The position numbers and the translations under genes are program-made. 59,235 nucleotides of DNA, from NCBI RefSeq assembly GCF_001194135.2, contig NC_069003.1, positions 17,191,667-17,250,901 of the forward strand, read 5' to 3'. This document shows, piece by piece, positions 36,893-50,530 of this stretch; the first letter of the stretch is position 1, and the number at the start of each line of letters is the position of its first letter. The stretch comes from Octopus bimaculoides. Taxonomy: Eukaryota. The notes under the pieces were generated by a model, which made no database searches, was not told where the DNA came from, and worked only from the letters and a program-made list of their open reading frames with translations.

Positions 36893-37328
36893 CCATTAGG
36901 CTTTCTCATGAGAAAGCCTAATGGGTCAATAAAATAAATACCAGTTGAGCTCGGTGGGTGTCAATGTAATTGACTTATCTCCTTCCCCAAAACTGCTGGC
37001 CTTAAGCTAAATTTTGAAATCAATATTTTCCAAAGAGTGTAGATGTGAAACAAATTGTCCCAGTATTGATATTTGGTCAAAAATGGACATTTCAACATGC
37101 TGTATTCATGGTTTTAGAATGCCCAGAAAAATCATTATATATCTGAAAAGGCATGTTGAAATGTCTATTTTTGACCAAATATCAATACTGGGACAATTTG
37201 TTTCACATCTACACTCTTTGGAAAATATTGATTTCAAAATTTAGCTTAAGGCCAGCAGTTTTGGGGAAGGAGATAAGTCAATTACATTGACACCCACCGA
37301 GCTCAACTGGTATTTATTTTATTGACCC
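36893..37328. repeat. Perfect 32-bp palindrome (36893-36924) adjoining a near-perfect inverted duplication with 178-bp arms (36923-37100 / 37151-37328)
   Basis: CCATTAGGCTTTCTCA|TGAGAAAGCCTAATGG. The arms are reverse complements with one mismatch found by eye; the spacer is 50 bp. Confidence 0.9.
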
Positions 37329-38311
37329 TGAAAGGATGACAAACAAGGTTGATCTCAGTGGAATTTGAACTCAGAATATAAAGATGGATGAAATGCTGTT
37401 AAGTATTTTGCCTAGAGTGTTAACGATTGAACCAGCTTGCCAGTTTCTGTTTGGAAAATATTAAATATTTGTCTTGCAAATGTCACATCCATTTTTGTCA
37501 TGCATGTCACTCCAGGTAGATGAGAATTGTAATTGCATTGTTGTCCAACAAACTCATCATTTTCTGAAATTTCAAGGTTAGTGTAAATAAATACCATGAG
37601 GCTTTTTATGCAGATCAAGAAAAATTCAGAGGAATTAGCAGTTAATATTTTCAGGTGAAAAGGCAGTAAGCACACCAGGTAAAATTCTTAGCAGCAGTTT
37701 GTCTGTCTTTGTGTTCTGAGTCCAAATTCTGTCATGGTCGACTTTGCCTCTCATCCTCTCAGGATCGATAAAATAAATACCAGTCGAAAACTTGGGTTGA
37801 TGTAATTGACTCACCCATACTATAAAATTGGTGGCCTTGTGCCAAAATTTGAAACCAATATTTTCTGGTGAAAAAAGTTATTTTGTATGGTCACATATGT
37901 CACATTTTTGGATCCTCTTTAAATACATCCCAAGTAAAAACATGTTTAATACTTTCCTAGGTAGTCAAACTTTACTGTGAAAAACAAATGACTAAAATTC
38001 TTGTAAATGTTCAAGATTTAAAGCTTAGATATTTCTTGTATCCCTCTGACTGTCATGTATGTCAAGCAAGAATGGGCCTGTTGCATTCTCCTACAGAAAT
38101 ACAGAATAAAACTGGGAACAGCAGTTTTATACACCCACCACCTCTCCCATCTCTCTCTCTCTCTCTCTCCCTCCCTCCCTCCCTCCCTCATTCTGTCTCA
38201 GAGAAATGTGGAACATAGACCTAGAGCTACACTCTTACACCTTCCTCACATCTCTTTCACTCATATTCTGACTCAGTGTTCTTACTTATTCTCACCCTTA
38301 TATTCTCCCAG

Positions 38312-38436
38312 AGATTCCTGGAACATGACCAAGAGATACGCTTCCACAAGGAAAAGCTGTTCGATGTACAGACAAAGTTACAGACTAGTCAGAATGAGTT
38401 GTCTGAGATGAAGACTCAACTATCATCTACAAAAAA
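38312..38436 (+). CDS. MAD1L1: MAD1L1 coding exon 4
   Basis: TTCTCCCAG|AGA..AA|GTAAGT; RFLEHDQEIRFHKEKLFDVQTKLQTSQNELSEMKTQLSSTK; phase 0 to 2. Confidence 0.87.
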
Positions 38437-39159
38437 GTAAGTTGCAGAGGTACAGGAACCTCATTTAAATAGGGTAAATCCGTCCTTTCTTACAAACCAT
38501 GGATATATTGCATCTGACTCTGGCTCCATTGTATTTACCATTATTTCATGGTTCTTTGTAGTGCTGTAACCATTTTTTCTGGCATAATCTCTACATTATG
38601 ATTTACCTCTCTATCTATCTGCCTACATCTGTTTATTTGCCTGTATCTTTTTATCAGTCTATATCAATCTGCCTGCCCATATCTGTCTGTCTATCTGTTT
38701 CATCTTGCTTTAAAACCTCCCTCTTGTGTTATTATTCCATAACTCTCTCACTGACCTCCTCCCATTACTCCCTTTCTTAACAGCATCCCTCCTGTTTTTT
38801 TTTTAAATAAACCTGTGTAACTCCAACAATGTGTGTCTTGGACCCTAATGAACCATGCTACATATGCTGATATGACAAACAGAGAGGTACTTGAGGCAAT
38901 ATTTTTCATCAGATGCTCTTCCTGTTGCCAACCCGTACCAGTTTTTTAAGTTTAAAAGTATTCACTCTCTCTTCCCATGACCTGCTGTCCATATCCTCTC
39001 TTATACTCACCTTCTTGTGCCTTGAGAATTTGCTTTGGTACCCCATCATTACTTTTTATGTCCCTCTCAAACACTCCTACCCACTCTTATATATAGTGTG
39101 GGGTAACCATGTATCTCCTTTACCAGGTTCAGTCAAAAGTTTTCTCATATTTTGAGTTT

Positions 39160-39790
39160 TAATGACTAATACAAACAGATTACACACAAAAAGCATTTAT
39201 TCATCTAAATATATCCCATCATCTTCTACACTCTGTTGCCATTTTTATGCCAGAAACTCAATTCCATGCTTATGTTGTTTGGCTGGTTTAGAGGCAACAA
39301 ACTTGTTGTTCCTGTTTTGGACCTCATCATGGAAAGAGCTGTGACTTGGAAATGATGGTAATCAGATAATGCAAGGTCTGGACTGTAGGCAGGGTGAGGC
39401 AGCACTTCCAGCCCCATCAAGTTCCTCAAGTTTTTGCTTGGTCACATTGGCAGTGTGCTCGGGCATTGTCATGCTATAGGAGTGTACATCTTCAACTACC
39501 AATGCTAGGTAAGGTAGCAGGCTTTCAGAGCATCACTCACTTCAGTTGTTGAGCATAAAGGTTAGTGTTCATGGCATGACCATCTGGGACAAGTTCAATG
39601 TACAACAACTCCTTGAAATTCCACCAAACTCACAACGTCATCAACATGACCTGTTTAAACTGCCCTTGTTTGACAACAAGTTCTGATGACTGGCTGGAAT
39701 GAAGCCACTGATTTCTTGTATTAGAATTATGAAAATAGATCCATTTTTCATCCTCGGTTACAATTCAACACTAAAAATGAGCATGCCGAA
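39160..39790 (-). pseudogene. Mariner (Mos1/SETMAR-type) transposase fragment
   Basis: LEVLPHPAYSPDLALSDYHHF motif in ORF 39226-39429; upstream frames are broken. Confidence 0.8.
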
Positions 39791-41237
39791 AGACAACACT
39801 GGAACTCACTACAGCCCTGTGGCTTGCTGGATCCTGTAGAAGCTTCCAGCCCATGCTAGCATGGGAAGTGAATGTTAAATGATGATGATGATGATTTTCT
39901 ATATTTTATTCCAGATTTAGAAAGTACAGAGCTAGTTAGATGATTTATCTCTTACTTGTTTCAGTCATTAGATTCTAGCCATGCTGGAGTACTACCTTGC
40001 AGGATTTTAGTTAAATGAATCGAATCCAGTACCTTTGTTAAAATTCTATTGGTCTCTTTTATTGAACTGGTAAGTTATGGGGATGTAAATACACTAACAC
40101 TGATTGTCAAGTGGCAGTGGGGGACAACCACATACATGCACATGTATATATGACAGGCTTAATTCAGTTTCTGTCTACCAAATTCATCACAAGGCTTTGC
40201 TCAGCTCAAGGCTATAAAAGAAGGCACTTGCCCAAAGTGACATGTAGTGGAACTGAACCCAGAACCATTTGATTAGGAAGCAGACTTCTTATCTCCCACA
40301 GCCATGCCTGGGCCTATGTCAGCAAACGTCACCAGTTACTGCTCAACAACAAATGACACTATAACTGCTTGTAGCTGTAACTTAGAGCAGGTTGTATACA
40401 TTCACACAGGCACATGCACACACACATAAATATATTCATGATGAATTTCTTTCAGTTTGCAATGATCAAATTCCCTTAACCCAAAACAAATACCACACTG
40501 TGGAACTGAACCTGAAGGAGGTGCTATGCAGTGGGACTGAACCTGAAGCATCTCCTATGCAGTAAAACTGAACCTATAACACCCTCTAAACTATGTTCTA
40601 TTGCCATATATTTTATTCTATCTCACTCTGCCACCATATCACTTTAGCATTCAGATCACTGTCAAATGTAATGACTATCACATAAATTCAAAAGAATTAA
40701 TCATTCATTATCTCATAGCTTTTAGATTTTGATGATGTTATTGTTTATTTTTAAAATGACATTGTAGGGTCAGTGTGAAAGACTGGATCTAGTCAGTTTG
40801 AACATAAAACAGGGGAAATATTTGGGTAAGATGTGGCTGGTTTAACTGCTAAAGGTTAAATGTTTGTATTTGTTTGTTTACCTCCAAAAAAACCTTGTAC
40901 CTATCTCTGTATATCATGTTCTATTCTGCCCACCACCTTCACCCTTTAACACTTAAATCAGCCATGTCTGGACAAAATATTTATGTTCAAGCTGTCCAGG
41001 TCCAGTCTCTCACACCTACCCTACAACGTCATTCTAAAAATAAAGAAGTCACTTCATTGAAATCTTGAAACTACAAGATAATGCATTATTAATTCAAAAA
41101 CAATGTGAATAAGTGTTACCTTTGACAGTAAATCTGAATGCTAAAGCATTAACTGTTTATATTAGCTTGTTTACCTCCAAATAAACTTTGTGTCTGTTTC
41201 TTTCTTATTTTATAAGAAACCAATTGGTTTATTTCAG

Positions 41238-41319
41238 ACTTCTTATAGGTGCACAGGAGCAGATAGAGGAAATGAAAGCTTACAAAGATGGTATGGAGAC
41301 TGCCTACAAATTGGTAAAG
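41238..41319 (+). CDS. MAD1L1: MAD1L1 coding exon 5
   Basis: ATTTCAG|A CTT..AAG|GTGGGT; (K)LLIGAQEQIEEMKAYKDGMETAYKLVK; phase 2 to 0. Confidence 0.82.
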
Positions 41320-42099
41320 GTGGGTTATTTTAAAACCTTTTCCCCATTCTACTAATGGGTGGGTATTCCTGCAGAACTTTAAGGATATTGTTTCTTTGTC
41401 TTTTTTTTTAGTGAGATGTGTTATTTTTTTTAATATTTTCTTTTTTTTACTTGTTTCAGTCACTGGACTATGGCTATGCTGGTGTGCAGCTTTGAAAGGT
41501 TTAGTCAAACAAATTGATCCTAGTGCTTTTCTGTTTTTTTAAAGTGTGATACTTATTCTATTGGTCTCCTTTTGCTGAACTGCTAAGTCATTCAGATATA
41601 AACAAACTAACACTGGTTGTCAAGCAGTGGTGGAAGACAAACACAGACACACATATAGATATATGAAGAGCTTCCACATAGTTCCTATCTACCAAATCAA
41701 CTCACAAAGCATCGACCTAGCTTGCAGCTAAAGTTGAAGATACTTGCCAAAGGTGCCATGTAGTGGAACTGAACATGGAACCATGTAGTTGCAAAGCAAG
41801 ATTTTAGACATGCACACATTGTATGTAAACTACATTGAGTTCTTTGTGAAAGTTTTGGTTGCTTCAGTGGCTGAGTGTAGAAGTTTGTGTGTAAAAGCCA
41901 GGTTATCAATCGACCCTTTTGATACCAATCTTCCCGAGACTGTCTCTGGTTCTATGGTACAAACTTTGTGTTTTAGTGATCTAAATTGAAACCTTCTGTC
42001 AAAATTTCATGTTAATTTATGTTTTAAACACCAGCATAATGATGACAAAATTGTTCAACTAAATTCTTTATTAACTTCAAAACTAACTGAAATAACAGA

Positions 42100-42620
42100 T
42101 GAAATATAGAGACAACTTTATGTATCTGGGAACTGACATTGCTTCAAAAGAAAAAGATTTTCAGGTTAGCTTTGCAAAAGCATAGAATACTCTAGACAGA
42201 TTCAGAATTATATGGAAGTCCTCACTTCCTGACAACACGAATAGGGGTTTCTTCAAAGCAGTCATTGAATCAGTACTTCTCTAGGACTCTTCAGCATGGA
42301 CACTAAATGAGAGACTTGAAAAGAAGCTTGATGATAGATACATACATGAGAATGCTTCATACAGTTCTCAATCTTTCTTCACAGCAATATCCTACAAAGT
42401 AGCTACTATATGGCAGTCCTCCTACCTCTGTAATTGGAGAAAGAACACATGCAGGACACTGCCAGAGAAGCAAGGATGAAATATTCTTGTCTGAAAAAAT
42501 CATGCATGGACATACAGGTATTGGAGGACCAAGAAGAGCATATGTCAATCAACTTGAGGAAGACACTAGATTGGGACATTTGGAAGAGTTGAATTGGTCC
42601 AGGCAAGTCATCCGACTTGA
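42100..42620 (+). mobile_element. RTE-X-like LINE 3' fragment; a related minus-strand piece lies at about 53500-53860
   Basis: FKAVIESVLL*DSSAWTLNERLEKKLD, AGHC, GRPRRAYVNQLEED-type peptides; the minus copy gives WEPTQEQLRRQPTRTFIDQLVED. Confidence 0.6.
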
Positions 42621-44309
42621 TAGATATTTCTGTTTGAATTATAAGAAAATGGTTAAGTCTAACCACTCCTACCCATGTAGGCCATGTTGGGATTTGAAAT
42701 CTAAACAAAGAACTTCAATAAATACTGCAAAGCATCTGCTATGTCACACTAATGTTTCCATCAGTCCACTACCTTAGACTAGTATCTTAGCAACTGTGGA
42801 AGGATGAACGTGTGTGAGTATCTGTGTGTGTATCAAAATTGTACTTATATTTCACAAATGACTTAATTTAGATTTACATGATCAAAATTTCATGTTAAAA
42901 TCTCTGGTTCTCATCCAATCAGCAAAGTTAAACAATATTGAGCCTAGTTAGTCTTTAAGTGGGTGTTTGGGAAACTTAGGTGTCGGCATGGCTGTGTGGT
43001 TAAGAAATTTGATTTGCAACCATGTCATTTTGGATTCAGCCTCACAGTGTGACACCCCAGGCAATTGTCCTCTTATGTCTTCTATGACAACTCTGAGCTG
43101 ACCAAAGTCTTGTGTGTGAATTTAGTTGATGAAATTCAAAATGAAGGCGGTTATATATGTGTCTGTATATATGTGTGCGTGTGTATGTGTGATCATCATC
43201 ATCATTTTAATTTCCACTTTTCCATGTTCACATGATTTTATGGAATTTTGTTGAGGCAGATTTTCTACAATAAGATGCCTTTCCTGTCATCAACCCTCAT
43301 CTGTTTTCAAGTAAGATATTTCCTTGTGTTCAGGTTTTCACAGAAGATTGGAAATAAAGGACACCACTTGCATGATGGAGACGTTCATTTAAACCAGTGG
43401 TTCTCAAAGTGGTCAGTGCTGTCCTCCTGGGATTGGTGGAAAGATTCAGTGGGGGTGAGGGGCATTGCAGAAAAGTGGGGTGATAATGGGATGACCAAAA
43501 GTGGGTGATGGCTGTAAAAACAACAAAATGAGTTAATTAGGTTTAGTTCATCATCATCATCATCATTGTCGTTTAACATCTGCTTTCCATGCTAGCATGG
43601 GTTGGGCGATTTGACTGAGGACTGGTGGACCAGGAGGCGACACCAGGCTCCAATCTGATTTGGCAGAGTTTCTACAGCTGGATGCCCTTCCTAACGCCAA
43701 CCACTCCGAGAGTGTAGTGGGTGCTTTTCCGTGCCACCGGCATGAGGGCCAGTCAGGCAGTACTGGCGATGGACATATTTGAAATGGCGTATTTTACGTG
43801 TCACCTGCACAGAATGTCTTTTCACGTGCCAGGGAGGAAATGCTGGTAACGATCAACGGCCACACTTGAAATGGTGTATTTTACGTGTCACCTGCACAGG
43901 GGCCAATCCATCGACACTGGCAATGATCTTGCTCGAATGTCTTTTCATGTGCCACTGGCGCAAGTGCCAGGAAGGTGACGTTGGTAGCGATTACGCAGGT
44001 CTTCGCAAGCCGAGTTTAGTGTTCCTACAAATTTAGTTCGATTTCGATGCCTCACCATGTCTTCGCAAGCGGAGTTTAGTGTCCAATGAAGGAATGTTAC
44101 GTGTAAGTGGGCTGGCTACATCCCTGGCAGATGCCTTGGATTTTGGTCTCAATTGGCTTGCCGGGGTCTTCTCACGCACAGTATATTTCCAAAGGTCACG
44201 GTCACAAGTCATTGCCTCGGTGAGGCCTAATGTTCGGAGGTCATGCTTCACCACCTCATCCCAGGTCTTCCTAGGCCTGCCTCTTCCACGGGTTCCCACT
44301 GCTCGGTGG

Positions 44310-45162
44310 CTTTTTTGTCAGCTGATGCTGTCTCTCCATGCAGGGAAACTCTTTACTTTAAACCATTTCTGGAGACGGTCAAAATATCCCTTTTGGGCTC
44401 TGGTGCTGTCAATGGTCTTAGTTGCGGTTCTTCAATGCCTTCTGTTCCGTCTACTCTGTTGAACTGCTGGTATAATTTCTGCACTTTCTTGTGGATGATG
44501 TTACACTCAAGGGAATGTTTTTCTTCTTGCAGTTACTGATCCACATTGCCAAGTGCTTATTTCTCACTGTCATTTTAGCACTTTCAGAAAAACTTACTGC
44601 TATGGTAGACCTGATCGCTACCTAGTTCTTCTTTATGTAGTGTATAGTGCTTTCATTGACATCATAACAATGACCTACTACAGCATAACTTTTACCTTCC
44701 TGGAGCATATCTATCAATTGTACCTTCTCATGGGACGTCATAACCTTTTTCTGGTGGTTAGGTTCACTGCCAGAAGCCTTAGAAGGTGTAGGGTGTTTGG
44801 GTGCCATCTTAGGGCTTTAATAACATGCTGCGAAACACTCAGCAAAACACTCAAGATAGCTACTGGATGCAGTTTTTCCCCAAAATATGTACAAAACAAT
44901 CTTCCTTGCATCAAATATGCGCATACCACCAATGGGAGATTGAGCAGAGATTAAAAGTAATGGTTTTGAAAAATTTAGTTTGTATTATCACTAGATACTG
45001 TAATCTATATTATAATAATAATAAGAGAGAGAGATATTGCCACAAAAGAAGTCATAAAAAATTGCCGACGATATTTACGATTCCACGAATATGTGACGAT
45101 TTCTGCGAACAATTATTCCTTTCCACAAATAACCAGGAGCGCGAATAAGCAGGGGTACACTG
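44310..45162 (-). mobile_element. 5' part of a Tigger element (second lineage) with TIR
   Basis: Minus-strand terminus CAGTGTACCCCTGCTTATTCGCG (45140-45162) beside (TA)n. ORF MAPKHPTPSKASGSEPNHQKKVMTSHEKVQLIDML..VNESTIHYIKKN, then frameshifted ..SLHGETASADKK, fused to an RTE fragment. Confidence 0.85.
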
Positions 45163-45644
45163 TGTATATATATATATATATATATATATNNNNNNNNNNN
45201 NNNNNNNNNNNNNNNNNNNNNNNNNNNNNNNNNNNNNNNNNNNNNNNNNNNNNNNNNNNNNNNNNNNNNNNNNNNNNNNNNNNNNNNNNNNNNNNNNNNN
45301 NNNNNNNNNNNNNNNNNNNNNNNNNNNNNNNNNNNNNNNNNNNNNNNNNNNNNNNNNNNNNNNNNNNNNNNNNNNNNNNNNNNNNNNNNNNNNNNNNNNN
45401 NNNNNNNNNNNNNNNNNNNNNNNNNNNNNNNNNNNNNNNNNNNNNNNNNNNNNNNNNNNNNNNNNNNNNNNNNNNNNNNNNNNNNNNNNNNNNNNNNNNN
45501 NNNNNNNNNNNNNNNNNNNNNNNNNNNNNNNNNNNNNNNNNNNNNNNNNNNNNNNNNNNNNNNNNNNNNNNNNNNNNNNNNNNNNNNNNNNNNNNNNNNN
45601 NNNNNTAAGGTGTGTGTGTGTGTGTGTGTGTGCTTATGTATAAA

Positions 45645-45683
<39 letters not shown>

Positions 45684-46299
45684 TAAATGATAGGATTGCT
45701 TCAATATTTCAGGGGTAGTCTGAAGTATCTAAGCAACCAGGGGATAGTTAAATCCGAAGGCACTCCTGGAAATTACTTGTGTGGGTACCGTCTTCGTTAG
45801 AAGGTATCCAGAGGCAGGTAATTTATTGTTTAAACCGCAGTTTATAATTCTCCATTCTCCACATAATTATATATATATATATATATTTGGGAATAATATA
45901 TGTCATCATCCTTATTTAGTATCTACCTTACATGCTGACATGGGTTAGATGGATTGATTGAAACTGTAAGACAGAGGTGCACCAGGTCACAATGTGATTT
46001 AGCATAGTTTCTACAGCTGGATGTCCTTCTTAGCATCAACTACCCCAATGTAATGCATGCTCCTTATGTGCCACCAGCATCTGTGTCAGTTACGTGACAC
46101 CAGCATCAGCCACAACTATGATTTCAGTTGATTTCGCTAGTCTTCTTAAGCACAGCATATTCCCAAAGGTCTTGGTCAATAAACATTGCCTTTGTGAGGC
46201 CCATTGTTCAAAGGGTGCTTTTTACATTCTACCAGAACAGGTACCTGTTATGTGAAACTGGCACCAGCCACGACTATGGTTTCACTTGGCTTGATGGGT

Positions 46300-48040
46300 C
46301 TACTCAAGCATGACATGTCGCCAAAAGTGTTTGTCTCTTGTCATTGAGACCCAACATTCAAAGATCATGCTTCACCATCTTTCCTCATGTCTTCCTGGGT
46401 CTACCTCTTCCACAGGTTTCCTCCACAGAGATCAGCACTTTTTAACACAGGTGTCCTTGTCCATACATATCACATGACCATACCAGTGCAGTTGTCTCTC
46501 TTGCACACCACATCTGATGCCTCTTATGTGCAGCTTTTCTTTCAAATGCATATACTGTCATTCATGCACACTGACATTGCACATCCAGCAAAGCATACTG
46601 GCTTCATTTCTTTCAAGCCTTCACATATCCTCTGCAGTTACAGCCCATGTATCACTATCATGTAGCATGGCTGTTTGCACACAGGCATCATACAGTTTGC
46701 CTTTCACTCTGAGGGAGAGGCCCTTTGTTACCAAACAGAGGTAGGAGCCCTCTGAACTCTGCTCAGTCTATTCTTATTCTAGCAGTTTTGCTATCAGAGC
46801 ATCAATGTCCACTCCTGACTTGGTCACTTATATAACGGAAGCTATCAACTATTTCTAGCTTTCCCCACTGGCATTTGATGGAGTCTATTTTCTGTACATT
46901 TTTAGTGTTTATTGTACTTGTATACCCTCCACACACAAAAACTATTTTCCATGTTAACCTTCCTCTTATATTGCTGCACCTCTTATGTGTCCATAGCTTA
47001 CACTGGATACATATTATGGAGTTTCTACCTATGTCTTTTCTACAGATTTAGCAGGGCCATCTCTACCTGAAGAAATTTGTGATTTGTTCACTTTCCTACT
47101 TAGTAACTTTGGTTTTTGCTAGATTAACTCTAAAGTTCTTTGATTCTAGACCTTGCTTCCACACCTGAAACTTCTCTAGTTCTGGAAGTGATTTGGCTAT
47201 GGAACAAGGTCATCAGCATAGAGGAGCTTCCAAGGGCTGTCTGACTTAAATTCCTTTGTTATTGCCTGGAGGACTATGATGAAGAGGGGGCTGAAGACTG
47301 ATCCTTGGTGAACCCCTACTTGTACCCTGAATTCATTGCTCTGCTTGTTGCCAACCCTCACCTTACTGGCAGCATTCCTGTACATGGCTTGTACAGCTCC
47401 CACCAACCACTCATCTATCCCTAGTTTATGCATTGACTACCAGATAAGAGATCAGGGGATTCTGTCAAATGCTTTCTCCGTGTCAACAAAAGCTAAGTAC
47501 AGAGGTTTAGTTTTGGCTAAGTACTTCTGCTGCTGCCTTACTAGGAATATAGCATCAGTGGTGCTTCTCCCTGACACAAAATCAAACTGCATCTCATTTA
47601 GACTCTCTTCCTAATTAGTTGGGCTTTGACTCTCTGTAACTTCCATCACCTGATCCCACAATTTGATACCTCTAATTATTTCAGTCTAAGGTATCAAGTT
47701 TACCTTTGTAGTAGTTGACTATGGTGGTGCTACAGCACTCATTATGTATGACCCCCTCATGTACAATCTGATGGGCCAGGGGCTTTCCTGGTTTTCTTAT
47801 CCTTCATAAGTTTATCTACCATGCTACTGTCTATTTAGATTGCTGGGCCCTCTGTTGGATCCACAGTAGGTAGACTCTCCTTCTTCCATGAGTTCTCTAC
47901 GTTTAGCAGCCTTTCAAAGTGGTATTTTCAAGCCTCTTTCTTTGTAGAGTCACTAACTGCAAGTGAACCATCATCCATGCGAACACACTTCTTTCCAACA
48001 TCACAATTTTCCCTGGCACACTGTCTTGCAAACTGAAGCA
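46300..48040 (-). mobile_element. 5'-truncated decayed RTE-type LINE
   Basis: GVHQGSVFSPLFIIVLQAIT..PWKLLYADDL and other RT segments; same family as 15130-16700. Confidence 0.87.
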
Positions 48041-48057
48041 CCCTTTTAATTGTAATA

Positions 48058-48587
48058 ATTATTCACTCCCTGATAGTAAACCGCAAATTTTCTGCGGTAT
48101 TGCTTGTGATGCACATGGTAATTTCTCGAGGAAGAAATAGTGAACTGGCTGGCCGATGTAGGTTCAGTTGTGCTTTCAGGTTGTGCCGATGCATGAATGT
48201 TCACTCGTTCATGCATGCCCAGTTTGCTAGCATCGTCGAATTTACTACTAGAATATCATACCGATGAAGGAAATTGAGTATTATCGCTCATAATCCAGAA
48301 ACGCGTCTATGATTAACTTCGAATGGTTAGTTTTCATTGTTTTTTCTTGTTTTTGCCTTTGTGAGTTACAAGTAATGCTATCTGTTGGAGTCTCAGCTTT
48401 TTTAGCTGCTATTTCTGAACTTCGGTATGTGGTGAAGCAAATGTTTGCTGATCCCTTAATTATGTTTATAAATGTATAAGAACTTTTAAATAAGTTCTCC
48501 ACCGATAATGGTGTTTACATACCGAAGGGCTTGGTAAAAATTATTAATTGTTGATTTATTAATAAATTAATAAATTGATAAACCTTT
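48058..48587 (-). mobile_element. CpG-retaining 530-bp insert flanked by an 18-bp direct repeat; possibly the 3' end of a pogo-like element
   Basis: ACCCTTTTAATTGTAATA at 48040-57 and 48588-605; minus ORF 48281-48502 ends ..KQEK..LIIDAFL. Confidence 0.45.
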
Positions 48588-48894
48588 ACCCTTTTAATTG
48601 TAATATATATATATATATATATATATACACGGGGGCGGGGAGACTGAGGTTTTTGCCTTCTTGCCTCCACATCACATGATAGTTGTAAATGAGTGTCCTG
48701 CATTTCCAATCTTCTGTGAAAACATGTCAGTCATGGGGAAATATTAATTTGCTTGGAAGCAAGTGAGGGTTGGCAACAGGAAGGGTATCTGGCTGTAGAA
48801 AATCCACCTTGACAAATACCATCTCACCTTATGTGATCATGGAAATTTGGATATTATGATGATGATGGCAATCATTTGTTTACTTTAATTTCAG

Positions 48895-49025
48895 GAACTG
48901 GAGCAGAAACTTGCTCAGTATGAAGAGGAATTGATTCTTAGGAAGAACCTCAAAGTGCAGCTCTCAAAGATGGAAGAACTGGAGAAGGAATTGGAAATGT
49001 TAAAAGTTGATAACGCCTACCTTAA
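48895..49025 (+). CDS. MAD1L1: MAD1L1 coding exon 6
   Basis: AATTTCAG|GAA..AA|GTAAGG; ELEQKLAQYEEELILRKNLKVQLSKMEELEKELEMLKVDNAYL aligns by eye with human [43 protein letters not shown]; phase 0 to 2. Confidence 0.92.
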
Positions 49026-50212
49026 GTAAGGAGTCAGCATTGTACTTTCTACTTTAAACTGGGTTTGGCTGTTCTGCAGGTTATAGCTTTTTGGGGTTGT
49101 TTTTTTTTTTCATCATTGTGTGTGTATAGCAGGTGATGGTGAGGTGATGATGGTTGTGGTGGGTGGAGGCTAATTGTGGAATAGGGTGGGGAGCAGAAGG
49201 TAGCAGTGATTTTGGTAGATGAGAAGAAAATGTAATCATCCTTTAACGTTCATTTTCCATGATGGCATGGATTGGACAGTTTGACCAGAGCTGGTAAGCT
49301 GGAGAGCTGTACCAGGTTCCAGTCTGATTTGGCTTATTTTCCATGGCTGGATGCTTTTAATGTACCACCAGCACGAGCACTTTTATGTGGCACCAGCATG
49401 AGTGCTTTTTACATGGCACTGGCATGAGTGCTTTTTATGTGACATTGGCACAGGTCTCTTCACTAGGTGTGGCCTTAACACTTCTGCTGTGGAGGATGGG
49501 TTTCCTTGAGTACAGCAGGGCGCCAACTATCTCAGTCCTTTGTCATCTCATTCGAAAGGTTCAGCATTGTGAGGTCATCCTTCAGTACTTTGTACCATCT
49601 CTTCCTGGTCTCCCACTTCCATGAGTTTCATCCATTTTGAGTGAACGCCCATGGTAAATCCTTTAGCTACTCTGTGAAATGTAATGCATATTTATTCACA
49701 TTGTTTTGAATTAATCATGTATTATGTCATGGTTTTGAGATTTTGATGAGATTGTTTATTTTTAAGACATTATAGGGTATTAGTGCGAGGCTGGATCTGG
49801 CTAGTTTGAACATAAGACATATTGAATACTTGGGCCAGATAAAGCTGGTTTAAATACTAAAGGGTTAATTTGGGGTGGGTGATGGGTGGGTGGTGGAGTG
49901 ATGTAGGTATTAGTAGTAGAGTCTATGGTCATGATGACAATGTTGTGTAGCTCTGGGTCTGGCTTGATTGAGCAGACAAATCAATGGTGAAAGTTTTGTT
50001 TATTTTCTTATTCTTTCAGATATACTCTACCTAGGACTATATATTCTAATGTGTTTTTTTTTTAAGAATGTAGAGTGTGATTTGAGGGGAATATCACGGT
50101 TATTTTTAGCAGATTGATCACATAGACAAGTTCATTAATGATGCTGGTGGTAATTGTGATGATGATGATGCTGGTAATTATGGTGATTATGATGGCATTC
50201 TTCTATTTCTAG

Positions 50213-50327
50213 GAATAATCAAGAAATGACAGCTGTGCTAAAAGAGAAGCTGGAAGGTTCCCAGAAGAAAATATCTCGTTATGAGCAGCGTTTGTCACAC
50301 TACAACACTATGGAATGTGACTATGAG
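50213..50327 (+). CDS. MAD1L1: MAD1L1 coding exon 7
   Basis: TATTTCTAG|G AAT..GAG|GTAAAC; (K)NNQEMTAVLKEKLEGSQKKISRYEQRLSHYNTMECDYE corresponds to human ETNGLLQEELEGLQRKLGRQEK..; phase 2 to 0. Confidence 0.92.
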
Positions 50328-50530
50328 GTAAACTCTTTGGCTCTGGCAGCCTCCCCTTTTTGGGTCTCAACCCTCCCCTCTTCTTTCTTGCCCCCACCCC
50401 TATAGTGTCTCATCTCCCCTGTTCTGTGTAATCCCCTCCCCTCTTCTCATACCCACCCCTGTAGTGTATCATATCTCCCCTGTTCTATCTTACCCCATCT
50501 CCTCTTTCTTCTTATTCATACCCTCTAGTG

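Noticed and set aside
43760-44075. Short spaced direct repeats resembling a CRISPR array (also 40490-40580)
   Set aside because: Irregular internal duplications of a SINE/RTE tail in an animal genome; no constant repeat-spacer period and no cas genes.
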